Source of the DNA: Armatimonadota bacterium
Lineage (GTDB): Bacteria > Armatimonadota > UBA10988
DNA length: 32,478 bases
Direction: 5' to 3'
Assembly: GCA_016235455.1 (NCBI GenBank)
Contig: JACRKZ010000103.1
Location: 1-32,478, forward strand
In this document: positions 16,643 through 27,784 of the stretch, piece after piece
Numbering within the stretch: the stretch's first letter is position 1
Layout: each line of letters starts with the position of its first letter
Position numbers and translations under genes: made by a program
Notes under the pieces: model-generated
Database searches by the model: none
Told to the model about the DNA's origin: nothing
Seen by the model: the letters and a program-made list of their open reading frames with translations, nothing else

Positions 16643-17983
16643 CTAGTCTGGCCGCATCAGCGGGAAGCGCAAGGTGAAGACGGTGCCGACGCCCTGCTCG
16701 CTGGCCACGCTGATCTGGCCGTCGTGGGCGGCCACCACGTTGCCCACGATCTTGGTGCCCAGGCCGGTGCCACCGGGCTTGGTGCTGACCGCGTCCTTGG
16801 TGAACAGCTTGGCGCGCACATGCTCCGGCATGCCGCGGCCCGTATCGCCCACTTCGAGCACCAGGTGTTCGTCGCCATCATGGAAGTCGGCGGCGCGGTC
16901 CAGGCGCGTGCGCACGAAGATACTGCCGCCCTCGGGCGTCTCGGGGATGGCGTTGTTGACCAGGTTGTACACGCAGTTGTAGACCTGCTTCTGGTCCATG
17001 GGCACCAGCGGCAGGTCGTCGGTCAGGCCGCTCAGATCGATGACCAGCCCGGCCCGCTCGGCCACCAGGCGCAGTGGTGTGGCCACGCTCTGCACCACGT
17101 CATTGATGGCCGACGGCTCGAAGGTCGGCTCGGCCACGATGCCCTTGACGCAGTCGGCGATCTCGCGCACTCGGGCCTGCACCTGGTCCGAGCCGTCGAG
17201 GAACATGCGCACCGCTTCGGGATAGAAGTCGCGCAGGCTGGACGTCGCCGACTCCAGCTCGGCCGCCAGCGGCGCGGGCAGTTTGCCGCTCACGTCGTCG
17301 AGCCGGTCGTAGAGGTCCTCGAACATGAACTCCAGGGTCTGCGCGCAGACGCTGACCGGGGTCACCATGTTCTTCACATCGTGGCTGATGTCGCCCATCA
17401 GGTTGACCACCACCGCCAACTGCGCCTCGCGGAACAGCCGCGAGTTCTCGATGGCGCTGGCGGCCTGGGCGGAGAGGATCATCAGGGTGTCGATGTCGTT
17501 CTCATCGAAGAACCCCGTGCCCTCCTTGTTGAGGATCTGCATGACGCCCACGGGGTCGCCGTGGATGGCCTTGATCGGCACGGTGACCATGTTGCGGGTG
17601 TGGAAGTGGGTCATCTGGTCGATGCCCCGGAAATGGCTCTTGTCCTGGGTGACATCCTCGGTGATCTTGGGCTCGCCGGTGCGATAGACCTCGCCGGCAA
17701 TGCCCTTCTGCGGGTCCAGCAGCTTGCCGGTGAGCACGGGCGCCGCCTCGCCCACCACGTAGCGGAACTGCAGCTGTTGCTCGGCTTCGACGAAAATCAG
17801 AATCGATCCGGCGTTGGCGCGTACGGCTTCCAGGCAGCTGGTCAGGGCCGAGCGCAGGATCTCGTCCAGGTCGGTCTTGGAGGAAAGGGCAGCGGTGATC
17901 AACCGTACAGCGTGCAGTTGCGAGGTGCGCTCGGCCAACTGCGCGCGCAGCAGGTCGAGTTCGGAGATGTCGTTCATGCCCAT
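16643..17983 (-). CDS. GAF domain sensor histidine kinase (about 446 aa, cytoplasmic)
   Basis: GAF motifs GIAGEVYRTGEP, TVPI, QILNK and F...DIDTL. H-box ISHDVKN, N-box NLVNNA, G1 DTGRGM, G2 GTGLG. No transmembrane segment. Start ATG 17983 or 17977. Confidence 0.93.
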   Translation of the reverse strand: MGMNDISELDLLRAQLAERTSQLHAVRLITAALSSKTDLDEILRSALTSCLEAVRANAGSILIFVEAEQQLQFRYVVGEAAPVLTGKLLDPQKGIAGEVYRTGEPKITEDVTQDKSHFRGIDQMTHFHTRNMVTVPIKAIHGDPVGVMQILNKEGTGFFDENDIDTLMILSAQAASAIENSRLFREAQLAVVVNLMGDISHDVKNMVTPVSVCAQTLEFMFEDLYDRLDDVSGKLPAPLAAELESATSSLRDFYPEAVRMFLDGSDQVQARVREIADCVKGIVAEPTFEPSAINDVVQSVATPLRLVAERAGLVIDLSGLTDDLPLVPMDQKQVYNCVYNLVNNAIPETPEGGSIFVRTRLDRAADFHDGDEHLVLEVGDTGRGMPEHVRAKLFTKDAVSTKPGGTGLGTKIVGNVVAAHDGQISVASEQGVGTVFTLRFPLMRPD

Positions 17984-18096
17984 GAGTGCGTTTTCCGAGC
18001 GAGCCGCAACCTGACACCAACGGCGGCCCACCGTTGACGACAGCGGCGCCGGCCCACTATGATCGACACCACCGCGGCTAGTCTACCGCAAGCGCT

Positions 18097-18126
18097 ATAG
18101 TGCCGCAGCGAGGCGGCCACTGTCAA
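18097..18126 (-). promoter_or_regulatory. Possible sigma70-type promoter for the kinase
   Basis: Minus strand reads TTGACA (18126-18121)-N18-CACTAT (18102-18097). It overlaps a plus-strand TATAGT at 18096-18101. Confidence 0.35.
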
Positions 18127-18181
18127 GGCGGCGCGTCGCGTCGCACCGCGCCGAACAGCGGCAGCACAGGAGCCACGACCT

Positions 18182-18625
18182 ATGTTCCCCGATGAGGCGC
18201 TGACCAATCAGTTCCGCCGCGTAGGCCTGGCCCTCGGGCGCGATGAGCGGCGCGGCTGCCTGCGCGCGGACCTGGATGTGGAGAGCGGTCACTGGGAGCT
18301 GCTGGTGTGGTTGGACACTCAAGACGGCGATCTGCTCCTGCTCGTGCCGCATTACCTGCGCGCGCCGCGCCGCGAGCAGGATAGCGCGGCGCGCGCCCGG
18401 CTCTGTGAGCGGCTGCTGGCCCTCAACTACGACCTGGCCCTGGGCTGTTTCGAGCTCGACCCGGCAGATGGCGAGGTGCGCTTCCGGCTGGCCGTGCCGC
18501 TGGGTGACCAGCCGGCCGGCGAGGCGGCCCTGGCGCGCGCGGTGGCGGCGGTACGGTATGCGCTGGACGAAGCCTGGGCGCCCTGCCAGCGCGCGCTCTT
18601 CGCGCTCGACGAACCTGCCGCCTAA
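18182..18625 (+). CDS. YbjN-domain / CesT chaperone-fold protein (147 aa)
   Basis: SD AGGAG upstream. Motif LLALNYDLALGCFELDPADGEVRFRLAVPL is characteristic of the YbjN/T3SS-chaperone fold. Confidence 0.75.
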   Translation: MFPDEALTNQFRRVGLALGRDERRGCLRADLDVESGHWELLVWLDTQDGDLLLLVPHYLRAPRREQDSAARARLCERLLALNYDLALGCFELDPADGEVRFRLAVPLGDQPAGEAALARAVAAVRYALDEAWAPCQRALFALDEPAA

Positions 18626-20121
18626 CGCACGGTGAGCGCGCCCAGCGGATACCACGGGCCCTCGGCGGGCACGCGCAGCGCCAGCTTCAGGTCGGGCAGG
18701 CCGGTGCCGGTGGTGTTGACGATGCCCACCGCCAGCCGGTACTCGCCCGCCGGTACCTGCGTCGCGGGCAGCGCCGCGTCCAGCCGGTACGCATGGGCTG
18801 CGCCGGCCAGCCACTCGCCGGGCTCGGCGGCCGCGTCGACCCAGTGGACCACGGGCTGGCCGCCGTCGCGGGGCAAAAGCGCCAGCGCCGGCCGATAGCA
18901 CTGACCCCAGCGCTGGTTGAGATTAGGCAGCACGCCCTGGGCCAGGTTGGCCCAGACATGACGCACGGTCAGCCGCCCGCCGCGTGCCACCGCGCGCGGC
19001 CAGGCGACCTCGACCGGCGCCAGCCGATAGCCGCCCTCGCGCACGAAGCGCTGCACCAGGTCCGGGTAGCTCAGCCACAGCTTCGCGTCGGCCACGGTGC
19101 GCAGGTCCAGCGTGTTGGCGTGGTAAGCCAGCGCGTCGGCCAGCGCGGCACCGTCGATGTCGCGCCAGGTCTTCCAGTCGCGGCCGTAGCGCTTGTCCAG
19201 GCCGGCCGGATAGGCCGGGTCGCCACCACCCCAGTAGCATTTTTCGCCAAACAGCGGATGCCGCGGCCATAAGGCTCGGAAGCGCTCCTTCTCGTGGTCG
19301 CCGAACCACATGCTGCCCAGCCCATCGCGGCGGATGACGTAGTCGCCGCCGACCAATGCCTCCGACTCGTCCTGCTGCCAGCCGAAGCCGGTGTTGTACT
19401 GCCAGCCGAGCAGCACCCGGTCGAACGGCCGGTAGGCGTCCAGGATCCAGCGCAGCACCGCCGGCGCGCTGGCCGGGTCGCGCAGCGTCAGGTGATGGCC
19501 CTCGCCCCACCAGCCCAGGCCCATCGCGTCGACGAAGTCGACCCGCGTCGGATCGTTGTACTTCCTGGCAAAGGCCGCCGCGAACGCGGCAAACTTGGCC
19601 TGGAAGACCGGGTCGTCCAAGTACGGAGTCCACAGCGACCGGCCCCCGGCGCCGCCTTCGGACACGCCCTGGGCGCCGGCGGCCCGGACATACTCAGGGG
19701 TGGCCTGAGCGGCGTTGTCCTGCGAGGCCACGTACACCCGGAAGGCCAGCCGCAGTCCACGGTCCAGCGCGCCCTGCACCAGTGCCTGGAAATTGGCGTC
19801 GTGGTCCCAGGCGTACTGCCCCTCGGTCGGCTCGAGTTCGGCCCAGCGCCAGCGCACATAGAAGATGGAGGCATAGCGGCGCGCCGCCTGGTCCTGGTCG
19901 CGCCAGTAGTCGGCGGCGCGGGCCACGGGGCCGCAGGCGTCGTCGTACAGCACCCAGCCGCTGCCGGGATTGCGCAACAGGCTGTCGCGGTCCAGCTCGG
20001 GCTCGACGCGGGCATCCAGCGCCAGGTTTGAGGCAGCCGCGTGCTCGGTCACCGGCCAGTTGGCGCCATCCACCATGACCCCGGCCAGACAGCCAAGCAG
20101 ACCCATCATTGCCGGTACCAT
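18622..20121 (-). CDS. DUF4832-like putative clan GH-A glycoside hydrolase (499 aa)
   Basis: True start inferred at ATG 20121 (SD GGGAGA); the 1140-aa track ORF includes an antisense extension. Motifs LRNPGSGW, YVRWRWAELEP.EGQY.W, TPEYV, GLGWWGEGH, RRDGLG and GYRL, plus a C-terminal beta-sandwich. Confidence 0.8.
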   Translation of the reverse strand: MVPAMMGLLGCLAGVMVDGANWPVTEHAAASNLALDARVEPELDRDSLLRNPGSGWVLYDDACGPVARAADYWRDQDQAARRYASIFYVRWRWAELEPTEGQYAWDHDANFQALVQGALDRGLRLAFRVYVASQDNAAQATPEYVRAAGAQGVSEGGAGGRSLWTPYLDDPVFQAKFAAFAAAFARKYNDPTRVDFVDAMGLGWWGEGHHLTLRDPASAPAVLRWILDAYRPFDRVLLGWQYNTGFGWQQDESEALVGGDYVIRRDGLGSMWFGDHEKERFRALWPRHPLFGEKCYWGGGDPAYPAGLDKRYGRDWKTWRDIDGAALADALAYHANTLDLRTVADAKLWLSYPDLVQRFVREGGYRLAPVEVAWPRAVARGGRLTVRHVWANLAQGVLPNLNQRWGQCYRPALALLPRDGGQPVVHWVDAAAEPGEWLAGAAHAYRLDAALPATQVPAGEYRLAVGIVNTTGTGLPDLKLALRVPAEGPWYPLGALTVR

Positions 20122-20205
20122 GCCCAGTCTCCCGCCGGGCAGGTTGCTCGGCTTGAGCAGGATTCCTCTGCATTGGGTATCATCTGGGGGCAAGGACCAC
20201 ACACC

Positions 20206-22104
20206 ATGCTGTTCACCGCCCTGTTGGCCTCGCTTCTCGGTCAGGCCGCGCCCGCGCCAATGCCGCTGCTGCTGCGGCCGCCGGCCACGGACCGCATCCT
20301 GCTCAACCCAGGGATGGGTCTGTACGCCCAGTGCGGCGGCAACCCGGCCGTCACGTGGCCGGCGGACGCCTGGTGGCTGCCGGCGGTGGACATCGGCTAC
20401 TTCCGTATGGACTGGGCCGATGTGCAGCCCAACGGGCCGGACGACGACCCGCTGGCCTACTTCGACAAGGCCTTCGACGTGTGGGTGAACAAACTGGGCA
20501 AGCGCGTGGCCATCCGGGTCATGTCCGAGAGCATGCACTCGCGCTACGAGTACGCCACGCCCAAGTGGGTGTTCGACTCCGGCGTGCCGGGGGTCGACCA
20601 TGTCGGCCTCTACGCCAAGCACCAGGTCGACCCCGTGTTCTGGGACGACCGCTACCTCGACGCCGCCTGCCGCTTCATCGCCCGGCTGGGCCAGGCGCTC
20701 GACGGCCGGCCGGACCTGGAGTTTGTGGACATCGGTCAGATCGGCGAGTGGGGCGAGATGCACCTGGGCCAGCACGCGCCGGGCCGCTGGACACCCGAGC
20801 AACTCGAGGCCACCGGCTACACCGAGACGCGTTACGTGGCCGCCTACCGGCGCGTGATCGATGCCTACGCGGCGGCGTTCCCCCGCACGCGGGTCTTCCT
20901 GAATGTGGGCGACCGCGGCCAGATCAACGACTATGCCGCGCTGCGCGGCATGCACTTTCGTCAGGACGGGCTCAATCCTGGCGGCCCGTCGGCCAACGTT
21001 GGCGAACTCTACTACAAGCCGTATGCGCCGCGTGGCGTCATCGGCATGTACGAGTTCTTCGCGTCGTATGACGAGATGGTCCAGCGCAAGTGGGACCTGC
21101 GCCGCACACTCGATGCCGGGCTGTCGGCGCCCATCAGCTACCTCAACACCAACCTGTACGGCGTGAACAGCCTGCACCGGGCGCCGCCCGAAGTGCAGAC
21201 CATGCTGCTGGACACGGCGCGACGCATCGGCTACCGGTTCGGCGTCGACCAGGTGGAGACGCTCGGGCCGGTGCGGTCGGGCGCCAGGCGCGCCGCGCGC
21301 CTGCCGGTGGTCATCACCTTCGCCAACCGCGGCGTGGCCTGGTGCCATGTCAGCTACGCGGTGGAGGTGGGCCTGCTGCCCGCGGACGGCACCACGCCCG
21401 TGGCCAGCGAACTGGTCTACCCGGCCCAGCCGACTACGCGCTGGGAGCCCGGCAAGACGGCCGTGGTGGGCGCGGCGCTGACGATCCCCGCCAACACGGC
21501 GCCGGGCCGCTACCGGTTGGTGGCGCGGCTGCGTGACGCCGACCACCAGGGCAAGCCGATCGCGCTGGACCTGGCGCCCTTGGCGGACGGCTGGCACGAA
21601 CTCGGCTCGATCCCGGTGGTGCTCGGCGCCAGCGACGATCAGACCGCCTACCAGGATGGTTTCGAGGGCGAAGCTCACGCCTGGCGCGCGGCGCCTGGCA
21701 TGACCGCGGCGGTGGCGGCTCCGGGCCGCGAGGGCGGCCACGCCCTGCATCTGACGGGCACCCAACCCGATGCCTGGAGTCTGGCCTCGACGCGCGTGCC
21801 GCTGGCGCCCGGCAGCAAGTGCCGGCTGACCGCCTGGATGAAGGTCGACGACTGGCAGCCGGGCACGGGCCGGCCGTCGGTCAAGATGGGCGCCAACAAC
21901 CGCGAAGGCCGGTGGCTGAACAACTTCACCACGACCGGCTACGACCTGGCCGGCAAAGGCACCTGGCAGCGCCTGGCCATTACCTTTGTCGCCCCGTTCG
22001 AGAGCGCCAATGGCGACATTGCCCTGGAAAAGGGCGGCACGCACCCGGTCACGGCGGACATTTGGATTGACGATGTGTCGGTAGAAGTACTGGAGGCGCC
22101 TTGA
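20206..22104 (+). CDS. Secreted DUF4832-like putative glycoside hydrolase with a C-terminal CBM4/9-like module (632 aa)
   Basis: ATG 20206 follows AAGGA. Signal peptide MLFTALLASLLGQA. Motifs LLNPGMG, YFRMDWADVQP, TPKWV, IGEWGEMH, RQDG and GYRF. C-terminal DGFE...GGHAL...LTAWMK...WQRL..TF...IWIDDVSVE. Confidence 0.82.
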   Translation: MLFTALLASLLGQAAPAPMPLLLRPPATDRILLNPGMGLYAQCGGNPAVTWPADAWWLPAVDIGYFRMDWADVQPNGPDDDPLAYFDKAFDVWVNKLGKRVAIRVMSESMHSRYEYATPKWVFDSGVPGVDHVGLYAKHQVDPVFWDDRYLDAACRFIARLGQALDGRPDLEFVDIGQIGEWGEMHLGQHAPGRWTPEQLEATGYTETRYVAAYRRVIDAYAAAFPRTRVFLNVGDRGQINDYAALRGMHFRQDGLNPGGPSANVGELYYKPYAPRGVIGMYEFFASYDEMVQRKWDLRRTLDAGLSAPISYLNTNLYGVNSLHRAPPEVQTMLLDTARRIGYRFGVDQVETLGPVRSGARRAARLPVVITFANRGVAWCHVSYAVEVGLLPADGTTPVASELVYPAQPTTRWEPGKTAVVGAALTIPANTAPGRYRLVARLRDADHQGKPIALDLAPLADGWHELGSIPVVLGASDDQTAYQDGFEGEAHAWRAAPGMTAAVAAPGREGGHALHLTGTQPDAWSLASTRVPLAPGSKCRLTAWMKVDDWQPGTGRPSVKMGANNREGRWLNNFTTTGYDLAGKGTWQRLAITFVAPFESANGDIALEKGGTHPVTADIWIDDVSVEVLEAP

Positions 22105-23579
22105 GCCCTTGGGTCTGGCTGTTGGCGGCGGCGCTGAGCGCGGCGTTGTGGTGGTTGATGCGCGCCTGGTGGCTGACCAAGGGCGCGCTGGCCCTGGCTG
22201 AGCGCACGTTGCGTCGTGGCCGGCCGGAGTCGGCGCTGTTCTGGCTGGAGCGCCTGCGCGCGCGCCGACCCCGCGATCTGCCGCTGGCGCACCGCCTGGC
22301 GCAGGCCTACTATCAGGCCGGCCACTACGCCTCGGGGCTGCAACTGTGTGACACGCTGCTGACGCAGGTTGATACCGCGCTGACCGGCCCCCTGCAGGCG
22401 CTGCGCGCCGATTGCCTGGACCGCTTGGGCCGGCCCGACGAGGCGGCGGCCGCGCGCGAGGCGGCTGGTGCGGCCTTCCTGACCCGCGATCCGGGCTCGC
22501 TGTTCGCCCGCGAGTTGGCCGTCGACCGCCTCCAGGCGGCCGGTGACTGGTTCGGCGCGCTGCGCGAACTCGAAGGCCTGCTGGACAGCCTGGTCACCTC
22601 GCCGGAGGTGCCCAGCGATCCGGCGGCGTACGCCCAGTTCCTCGCGGCGTTGCGCGTGCGCCTGGCCAAGCTCTACTCGACGCTGGGCCACGACCAGTCG
22701 GCGGTGGCCACACTCGAGCTCGTGCTGGGCCGTGGTGGGCTACCGGAGTCCATCCGGCACGACGCCCACCTGGCCGCCGCGCGCGCCTACCTGGCGCTGG
22801 ATAGCATCGACCAGGCGCAACGCGATGCGCAGGACGCCTTTCGCATCGCCAACCTGGCCCATGAGCCCGAGAAGCTCATCGACGACTGCCTGCTGCTGGG
22901 CGAAGTGGCGGTGCATCGCGGCGACTACGTCGAGGCCATGCGCCAGTACCAGCGCGTGCGCGAGTGTGGCGAGACGGGCCGCTGGCTGGCCTACCTCAGC
23001 GAGGCCCAACTGCTGCACCTGTGGGGCCGTCGCGGCGAAGCCGAGCGGGCCGGTCGTCGCGCCGCGGAGCTGGCGCCGCAAGACCCGGTGACCGGCGCGG
23101 TGGTGGCGCTGGCGCGGGCCGCCATGGCCTACGACAGCGACCCGCGCGCGGCGCGCGCCCTGCTGTTGCCGGCCCTCGACGCGCCGCCGCCCGAGCCCCG
23201 CTTCGGCGCGCGGCGTTCGGCGCTGGCCGCCATGGTGGCCGCCGCCGCGGGCGAGGACCCGACGCCGTTCCTCGACGACATCGCCACGGCGCGCCGCACC
23301 TTCCCGCACGACCGGCATCTGCTCGCCGACCTGGACGACGCGGAAGGCGAGATCGCCTGGCACCGGGGCGACTACCTGGCCGCGGCCGGCTTCTTTCAGG
23401 CGGCCTTGCTGCGCCCCTGTCAGCCGCTGCTGGCGCCGGCCATCCAGGTGCGCATGGCCGACTGCCTGGCCCGCTCCGGCGCGGACGGCACGCCCTGGCT
23501 GCAGCGTGCCGCGAGCTACGGCGTGCCGCTGGCCGCGGTCGAGCAGGCGCGCCGCCGATTGAGCCAGGCTTCCTCTTGA
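22101..23579 (+). CDS. Membrane-anchored tetratricopeptide repeat protein (492 aa)
   Basis: TTG start overlaps the upstream TGA, with SD GGAGG. N-terminal hydrophobic anchor. TPR-like helices LAQAYYQAGHY, LGEVAVHRGDYVEA and GEIAWHRGDYLAA. Confidence 0.8.
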   Translation: MSPWVWLLAAALSAALWWLMRAWWLTKGALALAERTLRRGRPESALFWLERLRARRPRDLPLAHRLAQAYYQAGHYASGLQLCDTLLTQVDTALTGPLQALRADCLDRLGRPDEAAAAREAAGAAFLTRDPGSLFARELAVDRLQAAGDWFGALRELEGLLDSLVTSPEVPSDPAAYAQFLAALRVRLAKLYSTLGHDQSAVATLELVLGRGGLPESIRHDAHLAAARAYLALDSIDQAQRDAQDAFRIANLAHEPEKLIDDCLLLGEVAVHRGDYVEAMRQYQRVRECGETGRWLAYLSEAQLLHLWGRRGEAERAGRRAAELAPQDPVTGAVVALARAAMAYDSDPRAARALLLPALDAPPPEPRFGARRSALAAMVAAAAGEDPTPFLDDIATARRTFPHDRHLLADLDDAEGEIAWHRGDYLAAAGFFQAALLRPCQPLLAPAIQVRMADCLARSGADGTPWLQRAASYGVPLAAVEQARRRLSQASS

Positions 23580-23589
23580 GGTACACGCC

Positions 23590-24516
23590 ATGAACCAGCC
23601 CCCCGGCGTCGAGCGCGGCGCCCTTGTGCCGCCCGAGCCGCGCGTCAGCGTGGTCATCCCCACCTACCGGCCCGCCTACCTCGAGGCCGCCCTGGAGTCG
23701 GTGCGCGCGCAGACGTGGCGCGACTTCGAGATCGTGCTGGTGGACGACGGCTCACCCGAGCCGGTGCGGCCCGGCGTGTGCGACGATCTCGTGCTCGTGC
23801 GCCAGGCCAACGCCGGGCCGGGCGCCGCGCGCAACCGCGGCATCCAGGAAGCCCGCGGCCAGCTGGTGGCGCTGCTGGACCACGACGACCTGTGGCTGCC
23901 CGACAAGCTGCGGCAGCAGGTGGCCTGGCACGACGCGCATCCCGAGACGGTGCTGAGTTGCGTCGATATCGCCACGCTGGGCCGGCCCGAGGCGCCCACC
24001 TTCCTGCACCGCTACCACGGCGCGACGCGCTTGGTGACGCTGGACGATCTGCTGCGCGAGAACGTGCTGGGCACCTGTGGTGTCATGCTGCGGCGCGACG
24101 CTGCCCTGGCCGTGGGCGGCTTCGATGTCGCCCAGCGCTACACCGATGATTACCGCATGTGGTTGGAGCTGGCCACCTACGGCCAACTGGCCTTTATCGA
24201 CGAGGTCCTGGCCCTCTACAGAGTGGACGAGGCCAGCTTGACCGGTCAGGGTCGCAAGGCTGGGGAGTGGCAGACGGCCGAGTTGCAGGTGTACGAGAAG
24301 TTCTACGCGGCCCACCCTGAGTACAGGACACGCCCGGCGGCGCGCGACGGACTGGCCAGAGCCTGGTTTGACAAGGGCTATGCTATGCTTCAGCTTCGAG
24401 AATTCGCCCAGGCTCGCCAGGCCTTTGGCAAGTCGCTGGCGCAGCGCCCACTGCGGCGCCGCGCCTGGCTCAATCTGGGGCGCGCGCTGTTTCGCGTGCC
24501 CGTAGGAGGTAACTGA
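23590..24516 (+). CDS. Glycosyltransferase family 2
   Basis: VSVVIPTY, VDDGS, GAARNRGI, LDHDDLW (DxD) and DDY motifs. Confidence 0.93.
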   Translation: MNQPPGVERGALVPPEPRVSVVIPTYRPAYLEAALESVRAQTWRDFEIVLVDDGSPEPVRPGVCDDLVLVRQANAGPGAARNRGIQEARGQLVALLDHDDLWLPDKLRQQVAWHDAHPETVLSCVDIATLGRPEAPTFLHRYHGATRLVTLDDLLRENVLGTCGVMLRRDAALAVGGFDVAQRYTDDYRMWLELATYGQLAFIDEVLALYRVDEASLTGQGRKAGEWQTAELQVYEKFYAAHPEYRTRPAARDGLARAWFDKGYAMLQLREFAQARQAFGKSLAQRPLRRRAWLNLGRALFRVPVGGN

Positions 24517-24518
24517 AC

Positions 24519-26096
<1,578 letters not shown>

Positions 26097-26102
26097 GCGG
26101 GC

Positions 26103-26134
26103 CGCCGGCTGGGGCCCGCGGGTCCCAGCCGGCG
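26103..26134. terminator. GC-rich hairpin between convergent genes
   Basis: CGCCGGCTGGG (26103-26113) pairs with CCCAGCCGGCG (26124-26134), between the stops at 26096 and 26141. No long U-tract. Confidence 0.6.
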
Positions 26135-26140
26135 CTTGAC

Positions 26141-27641
26141 CTATCTCGGCCGCACCCACTTGATCAGCTGCGGATAGTCGCGCACCTCGACCGGATCGAT
26201 CACCAACTGCTCGCCCTCGACGGTCGCGTCGAGCGCTGTCGCCTCCACCCGACCCTTGTACTCGGGGTTTATCAGCTCGATCAACGCGCCCTGCGCGCGC
26301 GGCGCGGGCATGGCCATCAGATCGATGCCGACGGGCGCCTGCCAGCCGGCCGCGGGCACGCGCAGCACGGCGCGGTGGCGCGCGTGCATGTCGCTCGCGG
26401 GCTCGGTCGACCAGTAGAACACCAGCAGTTCGTCGAACCGCGCCTGCGCCCGGGCGTAGACCTGGACGCGCGCGCCCTGCTCACCCAGTCGGTCGGGCTC
26501 GGCCGGCACCAGCCGGACCGCCACCGTGTCATCGCGCCGGTACGACGAGTCGAGCACCGCGTGCAGGTTGCGCGCGGCGTGGTAGGCCGGCTTGCACTCC
26601 CAGTCGCGAGTGACCAGGTTGAAGCTGGCCTCGCTCTCGTAGAACGGGTCGGGGATGCCGCGGTAGAAACAGAACTGCGTGCGCGGATAGACGCCCAGGT
26701 GGAAGTCGAGCAGCGCGCGGCGCAGTTCGTACTTGGCGCCCACCACCCAGGAGATCGGCTGCTCGCCCAGGGCGTTGATCAGGTTGGGCGCGCCGTCCTC
26801 GGTGCTGGCCAGCGGCACATCATGCCCGGCGGCGCGGCGCAGCCGACCGCGCAGGTCGTCGATCTGCTTGTCGTAGCTGCCCCAGAGGCGCCACGGATGG
26901 AACTCCGAGGCGTGCTCGGGGATGTTCTCGCGCTGGTAGCCCTGGCGGTACGGGTGGAACGAGAAGACATCGATGTGGCGCGTCAGTCCGGCCGCGAGCG
27001 CGCGATCGATCCACGGGTAGGGCGTCGCCGCCAGACACTGCAGCATGGCCGTGGCCGGCCCGTGGATCACCGCCGTGGGCTGCTCGGCGCGCATGGCCGG
27101 AGCGAGTCGCGCCATCAGCCGCACGTAGGCCTCGGGGGTCATCTGCGGTGATTCGTTGCCCAGGTTCGGCTCGTTGCCAATCTGCCAGTGCCGGCAGTAG
27201 GGGCCCAACTGCCGTATCACCCGCCGCGTGTAGGCCTCGGCGCGCTCCAGATGCGCCAGGTCGGGGGCGTCGGGCGCGGTGTACTTGCCGCCGGGCAGCG
27301 GGTCGATGCGCACCAGCAGGTTGATGCCAGCCGCCTGGAGCCGCCGTGCATAGTCCAGCCAGCGCGCGGGCGGGCTGTCCCAGCGTGCGCAGAGCTCGGC
27401 GGTGGTCGCGGTGCCGAACGGGCCGCAGGCCACGTAGTCGACCACCCACTTGTAGCCGGCCGCGCTGATCAGCGCCACCATGCGCTCGATCTGCTCCGGT
27501 CCGGCCCCCTCGTTCAGCACTGTGGTGTGTGTGCCGAACGGGCTGTCGGCGATTTGCGCCCTCGAAGCGCGGCACCGGCGGCGCGGCGCAGGCTGTCACA
27601 CCGAGCACCAGCACCAGGACCAGACCGCCACCAGGAGCCAT
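26141..27641 (-). CDS. Clan GH-A glycoside hydrolase (GH5/GH39-like) with an apparent frameshift near the 5' end (pseudogene or sequence error)
   Basis: The catalytic frame has DSPFG, WQIGNEPN (acid/base), FSFHPY and STEDG (nucleophile). It has a stop at 27596-27598 and no start codon upstream of DSPFG. An SD (GGAGG), ATG 27641 and a hydrophobic lipobox-like leader MAPGGGLVLVLVLGVTA|C lie in another frame. Confidence 0.78.
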
Positions 27642-27710
27642 GCCGCATGCCCTCCAGGCGCCAGCATGGCCGCTGGCCGGCCGGCCGTCAAGTGCCGGCA
27701 CGAGCCACCC

Positions 27711-27747
27711 AAAAACGCTGCCGCCGACCCGGGCGGGTCGGCGGCAG
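27711..27747 (-). terminator. Intrinsic terminator of amt
   Basis: 13-bp perfect stem CTGCCGCCGACCC / GGGTCGGCGGCAG with a 4-nt loop, followed on the minus strand by CGTTTTT. Confidence 0.8.
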
Positions 27748-27784
27748 GCTTGTGTGTTACGGTTGGAGGACCGTTGCGTGGCAA

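Noticed and set aside
20122-22044. N-terminal 641 codons of the 1140-aa minus-strand ORF, suggesting a large fusion or overlapping gene
   Set aside because: This part is antisense to the 20206-22104 gene. Recognisable protein and an SD begin only at ATG 20121.
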